This document shows positions 1 to 9,460 of a stretch of 64,000 bases of DNA, one piece after another. The stretch lies in assembly GCF_006345805.1 (NCBI RefSeq), contig NW_021834241.1, positions 8,628-72,627 of the forward strand, given 5' to 3'. Within the stretch, counting starts at the first letter, position 1. Each line of letters opens with the position of its first letter. The notes beneath the pieces were generated by a model. That model was not told where the DNA came from. It did not search any database and saw nothing but the letters and a program-made list of their open reading frames with translations. The DNA comes from Octopus sinensis (Eukaryota). A program made the translations under genes and the position numbers.

Positions 1-328
1 CAGACAGGTACCCTCTTGATTGTTATGTGTGGGGTGCAGTTGAGTAAGAGGCCAACATAACACCTTGTAACACTAAAGATGAACTGAAGGCTTGGATTAT
101 GGCAGCATTTGCCAACTTAACAAGGAGACCATTCAGAAGAGTTGCAGGAGATTCCAAATTCGTCTGGAGGCCGTGGTTGAAGCCAATGGCGATTTTATTG
201 AGTAAATTTACACTTCAGTATTTCAAGATATTTTTATGTAATTTTGGTAAATATGTCTGTTAATATGAGATTTCAGTGTTACTTTCAGTTTTGTGTAATT
301 TAGATGACAGTTTATTCACCACACCTTG
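1..328 (+). mobile_element. Tc1/mariner-superfamily transposon, 3' end (degenerate transposase C-terminus and right TIR)
   Basis: From base 3 it reads DRYPLDCYVWGAVE*EANITPCNTKDELKAWIMAAFANL, then after a frameshift KETIQKSCRRFQIRLEAVVEANGDFIE*. This matches the SPDLNPLD..VWG...RLEAVV..NG motif. It ends CACCACACCTTG followed by TA (329-330). Confidence 0.85.
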
Positions 329-618
329 TATGTATGTATGTATGTGTATACACATACATACACACGCCTATGGATGTATGTATGTGTGTATATATACATA
401 TATATATACATACATATATATATGTATGTATGTATGTATACATGTATATACGAGTGACTAAAATGTAGTTGAAAGGATTACATCACTGAAGCCAAGCAGC
501 TTCAAGACCAGTGAGAAATTGAAGTGTGTGTGTGTATGGGCCGGTGTGCATGTGTGTGTGTGTGTGTGTGCATCTGATACATTCATCTAAGTACAAACTT
601 GATGTTTGAAGTATTTAC

Positions 619-687
619 CTGGAGCAGGTTTCGTTGTGTCAGGTAATGAAATTTCAGGAAACACCACAGTGGGGATGTCCCATTGAT
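619..687 (-). CDS. Candidate 69-bp internal exon of an unidentified host gene
   Basis: Minus-strand acceptor tttcacctttctcccatttgtttgtctaag and donor CCAG/gtaaat. Two frames are open (QWDIPTVVFPEISLPDTTKPAP or INGTSPLWCFLKFHYLTQRNLLQ). No homology recognised. Confidence 0.3.
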
Positions 688-914
688 CTTAGACAAACAA
701 ATGGGAGAAAGGTGAAATCAATAACACATGCCAACCTGAGATTTTGCAATTATTTCTAAGAATTCTAATGCATGGCTATATACATATTTATGTGCAACAT
801 ACGCTCAAACATCTTATACACCAACCGTATCACTTGCATCTTCGTTGCTCCAACATCTGCATCTTCTCATATCACCAATGCATGTGACAACAATTATAGA
901 AGGTCGATGATATA

Positions 915-1326
915 GGCGCAGGAGTGGCTGTGTGGTAAGTAGCTTGCTAACCAACCACAAGGTTCCGGGTTCAGTCCCACTGCATGGCATCTTGGGCAAG
1001 TGTCTTCTGCTATAGCCCCAGGCCGACCAATGCCTTGTGAGTGGATTTGGTAGATGGAAACTGAAAGAAGCCTGTCGTATATATGTATATATATATAAGT
1101 GTGTGTGTATATGTTTGTGTGTCTGTGTTTGTCCCCCTAGCACTGCTTGACAACCGATGCTGGTGTGTTTACGTCCCCGTCACCTAGCGGTTCAGCAAAA
1201 AGAGACCGATAGAATAAGTACTGGGCTTACAAAGAATAAGTCCCGGTGTCGATTTGCTCGACTAAAGGCGGTGCTCCAGCATGGCCGCAGTCAAATGACT
1301 GAAACAAGTAAAACAGTAAAAGAGAG
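915..1326 (+). mobile_element. tRNA-derived CORE-like SINE (family A), full length
   Basis: A-box TGGCTGTGTGG, B-box GGTTCAGTCCC, CORE-like CTTGGGCAAGTGTCTT, internal (TA)n(TG)n, and an (AGTAAAAG)n-like tail. More than 20 related copies lie in the window. Confidence 0.9.
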
Positions 1327-1420
1327 AGAGTATACATTTGTGACAAGCTAACTCAACCAAAATAACCCAACCATATACGTACACACATGCATACACACAC
1401 AACACACACAAATATATATA

Positions 1421-1826
1421 CTCTTTTACTCTTTTACTTGTTTCAGTCATTTTGACTGCAGCCATGCTTGAGCACCACCTTTAGTCGAGCAACACTCAGC
1501 CCCGGGACTTATTCTTTGTAAGCCGAGTACTTATTCTATCGGTCTCTTTTGCCGAACCGCTAAGTAACGGGGACATAAACACACCAGCATCGGTTGTCAA
1601 GCAATGCTAGGGGGACAAACAGAGACACACAAACACACATATATATATATATACACATATATACAACGGGCTTCTTTCAGTTTCCGTCTACCAAATCAAC
1701 TCACGAGGCTTTGGTCGGCCCGGGGCTATAGTGGAAGACACTTGCCCAAGGTGCCACGCAGTGGGACTGAACCCGGAACCATGTGGTTGGTAAGCAAGCT
1801 ACTTACCACACAGCCACTCCTACGCC
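1421..1826 (-). mobile_element. SINE family A, full length (tail-to-tail with 915-1326)
   Basis: Reverse complement of the family A consensus from head to tail. Confidence 0.9.
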
Positions 1827-2083
1827 TATGTTCACAATATACATGTATATATGTCTTTGTATTATTCTTTAGCAAAAATAGTGCTGACAGTGATTTTAAT
1901 GCTACATTCTGGTTATCTTTGGCTGGTTTTCGTCAGTTCAATGCAGGCTTTGATATGTACTTTACAAGAAGTATTGAGTAATTCCTCATTTAACATAAAA
2001 TATAGCTTGGCATAAAAACAAACAATAGTGTATATATGAGTATGTGTATGTGTGTGAGTGTGTTTTTTGTGATTTTATATGTA

Positions 2084-2126
<43 letters not shown>

Positions 2127-2190
2127 TCATCTATCTATCTATCTATCTGTCTGTCTGTCTGTCTGTCTGTCTGCCTGTCTGTCTGTCTGT

Positions 2191-2423
2191 CTTATTTCTT
2201 TATTGCCCACAAGGGGCTAAACATAGAGGGGACAAACAAGGACAGACAAACGGATTAAGTCGATTAGATCGACCCCAGTGCGTAACTGGTACTTAATTTA
2301 TCGACCCCGGAAAGATGAAAGGCAAAGTCGACCTCCGCGGGATTTGAACTCAGAACGTAGCGACAGACGAAATACCATTAAGCATTTCGCCCGGCGTGCT
2401 AACGATTCTGCCAGCTCGCTGCC
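2191..2423 (-). mobile_element. tRNA-derived SINE with Meta-like central domain (family M)
   Basis: Minus strand has a tRNA-like head (TGAGTTCAAATCCC) followed by GTCGACTTTGCCTTTCATCTTTCCGGGGTCGATAAATTAAGTACCAG. This resembles the MetaSINE domain as recalled from memory. Confidence 0.7.
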
Positions 2424-2460
2424 TGTCTGTCTGTCTGTCTGTCTGTCTATTCATATGTAT

Positions 2461-2652
2461 GCTGAGACCCCCTTTAGACATGATTGACCATGGGATTGCA
2501 CCTGGAAAGTTACCCTCCCAGCCAGAAGTCCAGGCTAGGTTGTTTACGGAAGACCAGCGGTCGCCCATGCATGCCGACCTCCCCTATCCACGCCACCAGT
2601 GTTATCCAAGGGAAAGGCAAACGTTGATACAGCTCGGCACCTGTGACTTCGC
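2461..2652 (-). mobile_element. 3' part of a tRNA-SINE (same family as 51945-52279)
   Basis: Shares GACCATGGGATTGCACCT...CAAGGGAAAGG...GGCACCTGTGAC with 51945-52140. Confidence 0.7.
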
Positions 2653-3498
2653 AATGATGATGATGACAACGATGACAACAGTGATGATGACAATGATGAT
2701 ACTGTTCCTGCTGATGAAGATATTGGTGATGATGATAATGAAGATGAAGATAAGGAGGAGGAGGAGGAGGAAGATGACAATAATGATGATAATGGGGATA
2801 ATATGATGAGGACAGTGATGATGACAACAACGACAATGATAAAGATGATGATGACGAATACGATGATGATGATGATGATGATGACGACGACGACGATGAC
2901 GATGATGATGGTGAAGACGATGACGACGACAGTGATGATGACAATGATGATTCCGTTCCTGCTGATGAAGATATTGGTGATGATGACGAAGGTGAGGACG
3001 AGGGGGGGAGGAGAAGAAGGAGGAGCATAACAATAATGATGATGATGAGGACAATATGATGAGGACAGCAATGATGACAACAACGACGATAACAAAGATG
3101 ATGATGAGGAATACGATGATGATGATGATGACGATGACGACGACGACGATGATGATGATGGTGAAGACGATGACGACGACAGTGATGAAACCGTTCCTGC
3201 CGATGAAGATATTGGTGATGATGACGAAGGTGAGGACGAGGGGGGAGGAGAAGAAGGAGGAGAATAACAATAATGATGATGACAACAACGACGATAACAA
3301 AGATGATGATGAGGAATACGATGATGATGATGATGACGATGACGACGACGACGATGATGATGATGGTGAAGACGATGACGACGACAGTGATGAAACCGTT
3401 CCTGCCGATGAAGATATTGGTGATGATGACGAAGGTGAGGACGAGGGGGGGAGGAGAAGAAGGAGGAGCATAACAATAATGATGATGATGAGGAATAC

Positions 3499-3529
<31 letters not shown>

Positions 3530-3530
3530 G
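2653..3530. repeat. Compound (GAT/GAC/GAG)n low-complexity array with a ~205-251 bp higher-order unit (about 4 copies)
   Basis: The marker GTTCCTGCYGATGAAGATATTGGTGATGAT recurs at 2704, 2955, 3193 and 3398. Confidence 0.9.
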
Positions 3531-4519
3531 AAACAATAAACTAAAATCCATCCTTACATACCCAGAATCAATTTTCCATACAAATTCTAAATTCTACATT
3601 ACCGATCCTTTCTGTGATTATTGAATGCCTAATTATAGTAATCAGAAATTCCCTAATTCCTCTACCATGTCATTCCATTCCACTCCATTCCATTCCAGCC
3701 GATGATTTCAGAACTTTTCCTGTGCAATAAATAATCTTTCACAAAACCTGAAATAACCTCAACAAAACACATCACTACTAAACTGCACTGAGACTCATAA
3801 AATGCATTTTATTCTTTTCCCTACATTTGATAAAAGAAAAATACTCATTACTTTATGAGTATCTAACCAGGAGTTATTTCTTGTATCTCACACTGCTTTA
3901 GCTCTCCCTCTTCTCTCTTTCTCTCTCTTATATCCCATATCAATATAAATAAACATTTGATATAACACATGCCAGTTATGAAATACTGTAAGCATAATGT
4001 TAAAAACAAATTTATAGGCTTAAACACTCTATATTCGCCAACAAGGATGTCATTATACAAAAAAGTTAATTGAACCAGTAAAAGAGATCAGGCATGGCTG
4101 TGTGGTTAAGAAGCTCACTTTGTAGACACACGGTCTCAGGTTCAATCCCAGTGTGTGGAACCTTGGGCAATTGTCTCCTACAACCCCAGTCCATGAACAT
4201 ATATCCATGTTTGTGTGTGAGAGAAAGAGAGAGAGGGAGGGAGAGGGAGAGGAAGAGAGGGAAAGGAAGAGAGGGAGAGAGAGAGAGAGAGAAACATCTG
4301 TTTTTAATTTTCAGTGGAAACATGTCTGATCATGGAGAACTATTCTGTTACCAGGAAACTGCTGAGAGATGCTGTCAGGAAGGATATCTGGCCGTAGAAA
4401 AGAACCACTCGAACAAGCTCTGTCCAACCTATGTAACAATGGAAAAGAAAAGTGGTCATTAAAAATAATGATGACGATGACAGGGACCTTCCTTCTTCCT
4501 TTCAGTTCGTTGTTTCAAT

Positions 4520-4520
4520 C

Positions 4521-4551
<31 letters not shown>

Positions 4552-4559
4552 CCATCATC

Positions 4560-4596
<37 letters not shown>

Positions 4597-4670
4597 CCAA
4601 CACCATCATCACCATCACCACGACGACGACGACAACAACCACCACCACCACCACCACCACAACCACCACC

Positions 4671-4720
<50 letters not shown>

Positions 4721-4727
4721 CATCACT

Positions 4728-4791
<64 letters not shown>

Positions 4792-4840
4792 CTATCATCA
4801 TCAACATCATTTTTGTCATCGTCGTTGTTGTCATCATGCC
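4520..4840. repeat. (CAT)n/(CAC)n trinucleotide microsatellite
   Basis: Seen directly; it is the source of the poly-S/I/T/D ORFs. Confidence 0.95.
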
Positions 4841-4919
4841 AACTCATAAGGGTCAGTTTCCTGGTTTCCATGGTGTATAAATAAGTTCCTCAGGCCAATG
4901 GGATGCTGTCCATTGCAGG

Positions 4920-5064
4920 ATTACTCATTTTTGCCAGCTGAGTGGACAGGAGCAATGTGAAAGGAAGTGGTTTGGTCAAGAACACAACACACACCCAGTC
5001 CAAGGATTGAAACCACAATCTTGCAATCATGAGTTCAAAAGCCTAACAATTAAGTCACATGCCT
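4920..5064 (-). mobile_element. Degenerate tRNA-SINE head and body (family C)
   Basis: TTTTGCCAGCTGAGTGGAC..GAGCAA motif shared with 42280-42310 and 59325-59340, followed by a B-box-like GGATTGAAACC. Confidence 0.6.
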
Positions 5065-5112
5065 ATACTTACTGATGATGATAGAGATAAATATAATATA
5101 TATTTATATACA

Positions 5113-5517
5113 GCAGGAGTGGCTGTGTGGTAAGTAGCTTGCTAACCAACCACATGGTTCCAGGTTCAGTCCCACTGCGTGGCATCTTGGGCAAGTGTCT
5201 TCTGCTACAGCCCCGGGCCGACCAATGCCTTGTGAGTGGATTTGGTAGATGGAAACTGAAAGAAGCCTGTCGTATATATGTATATATATGTATATGTGTG
5301 TGTGTTTGTGTGTCTGTGTTTGTCCCCCTAGCATTGCTTGAAAACTGATGCTGGTGTTTTTACGTCCCCGTCACTTAGCGGTTCGGCAAAAGAGACCAAT
5401 AGAATAAGTACTGGGCTTACAAAGAATAAGTCCCGGGGTCGATTTGCTCGACTAAAGGCGGTGCTTCAGCATGGCCGCAGTCAAATGACTGAAACAAGTA
5501 AAAGAGTAAAAAAAAAG
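5113..5517 (+). mobile_element. SINE family A, full length
   Basis: Matches 915-1326 throughout. Confidence 0.9.
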
Positions 5518-6098
5518 AGTATACATATACATAGACACACACACACAACAGATATACATATATATATAGATGTATAAGGAAAAGAAAAAATTGTAGATGT
5601 AGGGGATCTTTAATTCATAATCCAGGTTGTTATAATCCAATATGAATTCTGCAACTCCTTTTAGTGTCTAATTAATTCCAAAATAAAAATGAAAAACTCT
5701 TCTTGAAGTAAAAATTAAATTCTTCGTAAACTCATCTACACCTACAATTTTTTCCTTTCCTTATAACTTCATTTATTGTTTTTGCAAATATTGAATATAT
5801 ATTTTTTATATATATAATCTTTGCTTGAACTGTATTGGCGGACTTGGATGTTTGACATCCCTTTGAAGGATTTCGGTCCTCACCTCTTTTATATAGATAT
5901 ATACATACATACATGCATACATATATATGTAGTTAATAAAAAAAAAAGCATATATCAGAAAGCAGCACACTCTAAAAATAGAGCAGTAATTATTACAACA
6001 AAATTTTAGATTGAGATGCCCAAGTTTTTGCATCCAAAAAGCCAAAATCTGATGAGGCTTTGGCGCTGTGGGTGCAAAACATTGGGTAGCTCTATATA

Positions 6099-6204
6099 CT
6101 GCGTGGCATCTTGGGCAAGTGTCTTCTGCTATAGCCCCGGGCCTACCAATGCCTTGTGAGTGGATTTGGTAGACAGAAACTGAAAGAAGCCTGTCATATA
6201 TATG

Positions 6205-6237
<33 letters not shown>

Positions 6238-6447
6238 TTGTGTGTCTGTGTTTGTCCCCCTAGCATTGCTTGACAACCGATGCTGGTGTGTTTATGTCCC
6301 CGTTATTTAGCGGTTTGGCAAAAGAGACCGATATAATAAGTACTGGGCTTATAAAAGAATAAGTCCTGGGGTCGAGTTGCTCGATTAAAGGCGGTGCTCC
6401 AGCATGGCCGCAGTCAAATGACTGAAACAAGTAAAAGAGTAAAAGAG
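6099..6447 (+). mobile_element. SINE family A, 5'-truncated
   Basis: Starts at CTGCGTGGCATCTTGGGC and runs to the AGTAAAAGAG tail. Confidence 0.9.
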
Positions 6448-6727
6448 TATATATACACACACACATATATATATGTAGGAGGTTGAAAAGGAATGCACGA
6501 GTTGATATATATATATATGAAAAAGTCAAGTTAGAACCCATAAGAGTAAACAACAGAGACAGAGACAGGCAGAAACAAGGAAAATGCTCCTTGTATTTGA
6601 ATACTATCCAAATATTCGTTTTAAAAACTTTTCATTTAATTTTTCCAAAATTTAATTAAAAGTCTCAATAACCGAAACTGGTACTGAAATGTTTTTTATA
6701 GCATTATTTTAACATTTGCTACTTTTT

Positions 6728-6768
<41 letters not shown>

Positions 6769-6859
6769 GAATCAGAGATAAAACCACTATTATGCAACTC
6801 AATCGAATTTTTCCCTGTAAGTTTGGAGTTATACTCCCTAATATTATTATTATTATATG

Positions 6860-7178
6860 TCATCATCATCATCATCATCGTTTAACGTCCGCTTTCCATG
6901 CTAGCATGGGTTGGACGGTTCGACCGGGGATCTGGGAAGCCAGAAGGCTGCACCAGGCTCCAGTCTGATCTGTTAGTGTTTCTACAGCTGGATGCCCTTC
7001 CTAACGCCAACCACTCCGTGAGTGTAGTGGGTGCTTTTTACGTGCCACCTGCACAGGTGCCAGGCGAGGCTGGCAACCGCCACGATCGGATTGGTGCATT
7101 TTACGTGCCACCGGCACGGAAGCCAGTCGAGGTGGCACTGGCATCGGCCACGATTCGGATGGTGCTTTTTACGTGCCA
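6860..7178 (-). mobile_element. (GAT)n-tailed retroelement 3' end with V-like domain (family B, RTE 3' UTR-related)
   Basis: (CAT)n CGTTTAACGTCCGCTTTCCATGCTAGCATGGG...TTCTACAGCTGGATGCCCTTCCTAACGCC; the same sequence terminates the RTE LINE at 9459-11072. Confidence 0.85.
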
Positions 7179-7404
7179 TATGTATATATATATTTGTTCT
7201 TACTTAGGGTAAATATCAAAGCAATTTATCATTAAACTTTGCAGTGGAGTACATATTTATTAATTACAGTGTTTTTGAACTTTCAGCTTATTAGCCATCA
7301 TGAAACAATCTAAAGACAGCTGTACACGCCCCCACACATACACACACAAACAGAGCTAGTGCCACATATAATGCGCCCATGCCAGTGGTGTATAAAATGC
7401 AATC

Positions 7405-7580
7405 ATTCTGCTGCCACATAAAAGGCACCAGTATTCTCTGTAAAGTGGTTGGCATTAGGAAGAGAATCCAAGTTTAGAAATCATGCCAAAATAGACAATT
7501 GAAACCTTGTGCACTCTCCAGCTTTCCAGCTTCTGTCAAACCATCCAACCCATGCTAGCATGGAAAATGAACTTTAATTG
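7405..7580 (+). mobile_element. Degenerate family B 3' end
   Basis: GGTTGGCATTAGGAAGAGAATCC...CCAACCCATGCTAGCATGGAAAATG. Confidence 0.7.
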
Positions 7581-7583
7581 ATA

Positions 7584-7623
<40 letters not shown>

Positions 7624-7911
7624 TATATATATAGAAGGTTGAAAAAGAACACATGAGTTGATATATATAAAAAAAATGTCAAGGTAGAAAATGCTAAAAT
7701 AATTTTATAAAAAACATTTCAGTACCAGTTTCAGTCATTGAAACTTTTTCAACTGCAAGTATGGAAAATAATTAAATTTTGGAAAAATTAAAAAAAGTTT
7801 TTTTAAAGAATATTTGTATAGCATTCAAATACAAGAGTTATTTTCCTTGTTTCTGCCTGTCTCTGTCTCTCTTGTTTACTCTTGTGGATACAACCTCAAA
7901 CATACATAAAT

Positions 7912-7956
<45 letters not shown>

Positions 7957-8323
7957 ATCTCCTACATCTAATCTCCTCCATTTACATAAATATGAATGAA
8001 TTTATTAAACTGCGTTTAATAAGTTAGATCATAAACTTAATATTTTCATATATAAGTTTTCATATCTACACTAATTTACACAAGTAAATTCAAAATTAAT
8101 GTATGAAGAAACAACGTTAAAAATCTTTGGAAATTACTCCAATTAATGGACAAACTCACATTTAACCTTTAAAAATATATACATATAGAAGTATATATTT
8201 GGTATATAATCTTATATATATATATATATATTTAGTTGGAATTTACAGAAAAGCAAAAGATGAAGACAGGTGTATAAACAACAAGCAGATGTATTAGTTT
8301 AACACTCAGGAAAGTGAGAAAGT

Positions 8324-8359
8324 CTTTTACGTTTCGAGCCTATGCTCTTCAACAGAAAC
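8324..8359 (-). ncRNA. Minimal hammerhead ribozyme motif, probably inactive (A6 to U)
   Basis: Minus strand gTTT-CTGTTGA-a-GAGC-atag-GCTC-GAAAC-GTA-AAAg: stem I TTT/AAA, 4-bp stem II, and one core substitution relative to CUGANGA. Confidence 0.55.
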
Positions 8360-8369
8360 GAACACAAGG

Positions 8370-8407
<38 letters not shown>

Positions 8408-8410
8408 TAT

Positions 8411-8528
8411 GGCCTGCTCACTTAGCCAGCGGTGGCGTCATTTGAAGGCTAAACAATGTGAAGCGCATTGTGACCAGCAATGTGTAGCAACATTTGATAG
8501 CCTGGTCGGTCACGGTGATCATGGTGAT
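8411..8528 (+). mobile_element. 3' fragment of the SINE seen at 40331-40640
   Basis: CATTTGAAGG..AAACAATG..ATTGTGACCAGC.ATGTGTAGCAACAT.TGATAGCCTGGTCGGTCACGGTGATC is shared with that element. Confidence 0.8.
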
Positions 8529-8547
8529 ATTATATATATATATATAT

Positions 8548-8706
8548 GACAGGTTTTTTCCCAGTTTCCATCTACCAAATCCACTCACAAGGCCTTGGTT
8601 GGCCCAAAGTTGCAGTTGAAGACACTTGCCCAAGGTGCCACACAGTGGGACTGAACCTAGAACCATGCAGCCAGGAAGCAAGTCTCTTACCACATAGCCA
8701 TGCCCG
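8548..8706 (-). mobile_element. SINE family A, 5' half
   Basis: Reverse complement of the head and CORE region. Confidence 0.8.
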
Positions 8707-8886
8707 TGTATATACATTTATATATACTCACACATACACATATATACTAGAAAATACAAACTCGAGAAGAGAATTAGGTGCAGCTCAATGAGCACCATGT
8801 TTTCTATTCTATATCTTGTATCTTTGACAACATGGTAACTTTCAAAATTTTGATTTAACCCATCTTTACTCCAGTGGTTAGCTTAC

Positions 8887-8945
8887 CCACAACTGAGCAT
8901 TATCATTTAACAGCAAATTTATGTAAATATAATCATTATATTCAA
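8887..8945 (-). CDS. Candidate 59-bp exon of an unidentified gene
   Basis: Acceptor gcaaatgttaatag, donor TGTGG/gtaagc, open frame EYNDYIYINLLLNDNAQLW. No homology recognised. Confidence 0.2.
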
Positions 8946-9391
8946 CTATTAACATTTGCATACATTAGTGGTGTACATCTACATGTCATCATAACTCATC
9001 ATTAATATAAGAAATATTGCATTTCTGATAATTGTTATTCACATCCACCTAATGTATTGATTAAGCATAAATATTAACATTTAGCAATATTTTACATGAG
9101 CAATGCATCAGATACCAATGTGTGTGTGTGTGTGTGTACAAACATATATATGTAGGGTTGCCAGTGTGTTTATATAGATTTTATATTTACAGAGGTGTCT
9201 AATTGAGGGTCTATGCAGTTATGTGTGTGTGTGTGTGTGTGTGCGCACATCATGTGTGTGTGAAGTTGATGGTTACTTGAAATATACATATTCTATTTAA
9301 CATATATAGTTCTGACTGGAGCGGAGATCATGTGATAGAGGTGTATATAAATGCACACAAGCAAGTATATATATTACGTGTGTGTTATATG

Positions 9392-9458
<67 letters not shown>

Positions 9459-9460
<2 letters not shown>

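Larger units (their letters stand above)
6477..7890. repeat. Diverged inverted repeat pair (~6538-6728 and ~7672-7887) with degenerate hammerhead-like motifs
   Basis: AAGAGTAAAC..GAGACAGAGACAGGCAGAAACAAGGAAAAT...GAAACTGGTACTGAAATGTTTTTTATA is on + at left and on - at right. Confidence 0.75.

Noticed and set aside
814-1981. Recurrent ORFs such as MLGGQTQTHKH... and MSSNARGTNTDTQ... suggesting a multigene family
   Set aside because: They are read-throughs of the non-coding family A SINE; the frames are not conserved between copies.
2396-3551. Long poly-Ser, poly-Met and poly-Asp ORFs (up to 335 aa)
   Set aside because: Trinucleotide repeats lack stops in several frames; no splice or homology support.
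4352-4428. Apparent minus-strand exon with good splice sites
   Set aside because: The sequence is a decayed family B repeat (TTTTCTACGGCCAGATATCCTTCCTGAC, with a (GAT) tail at 4467-4480); exonisation cannot be supported.
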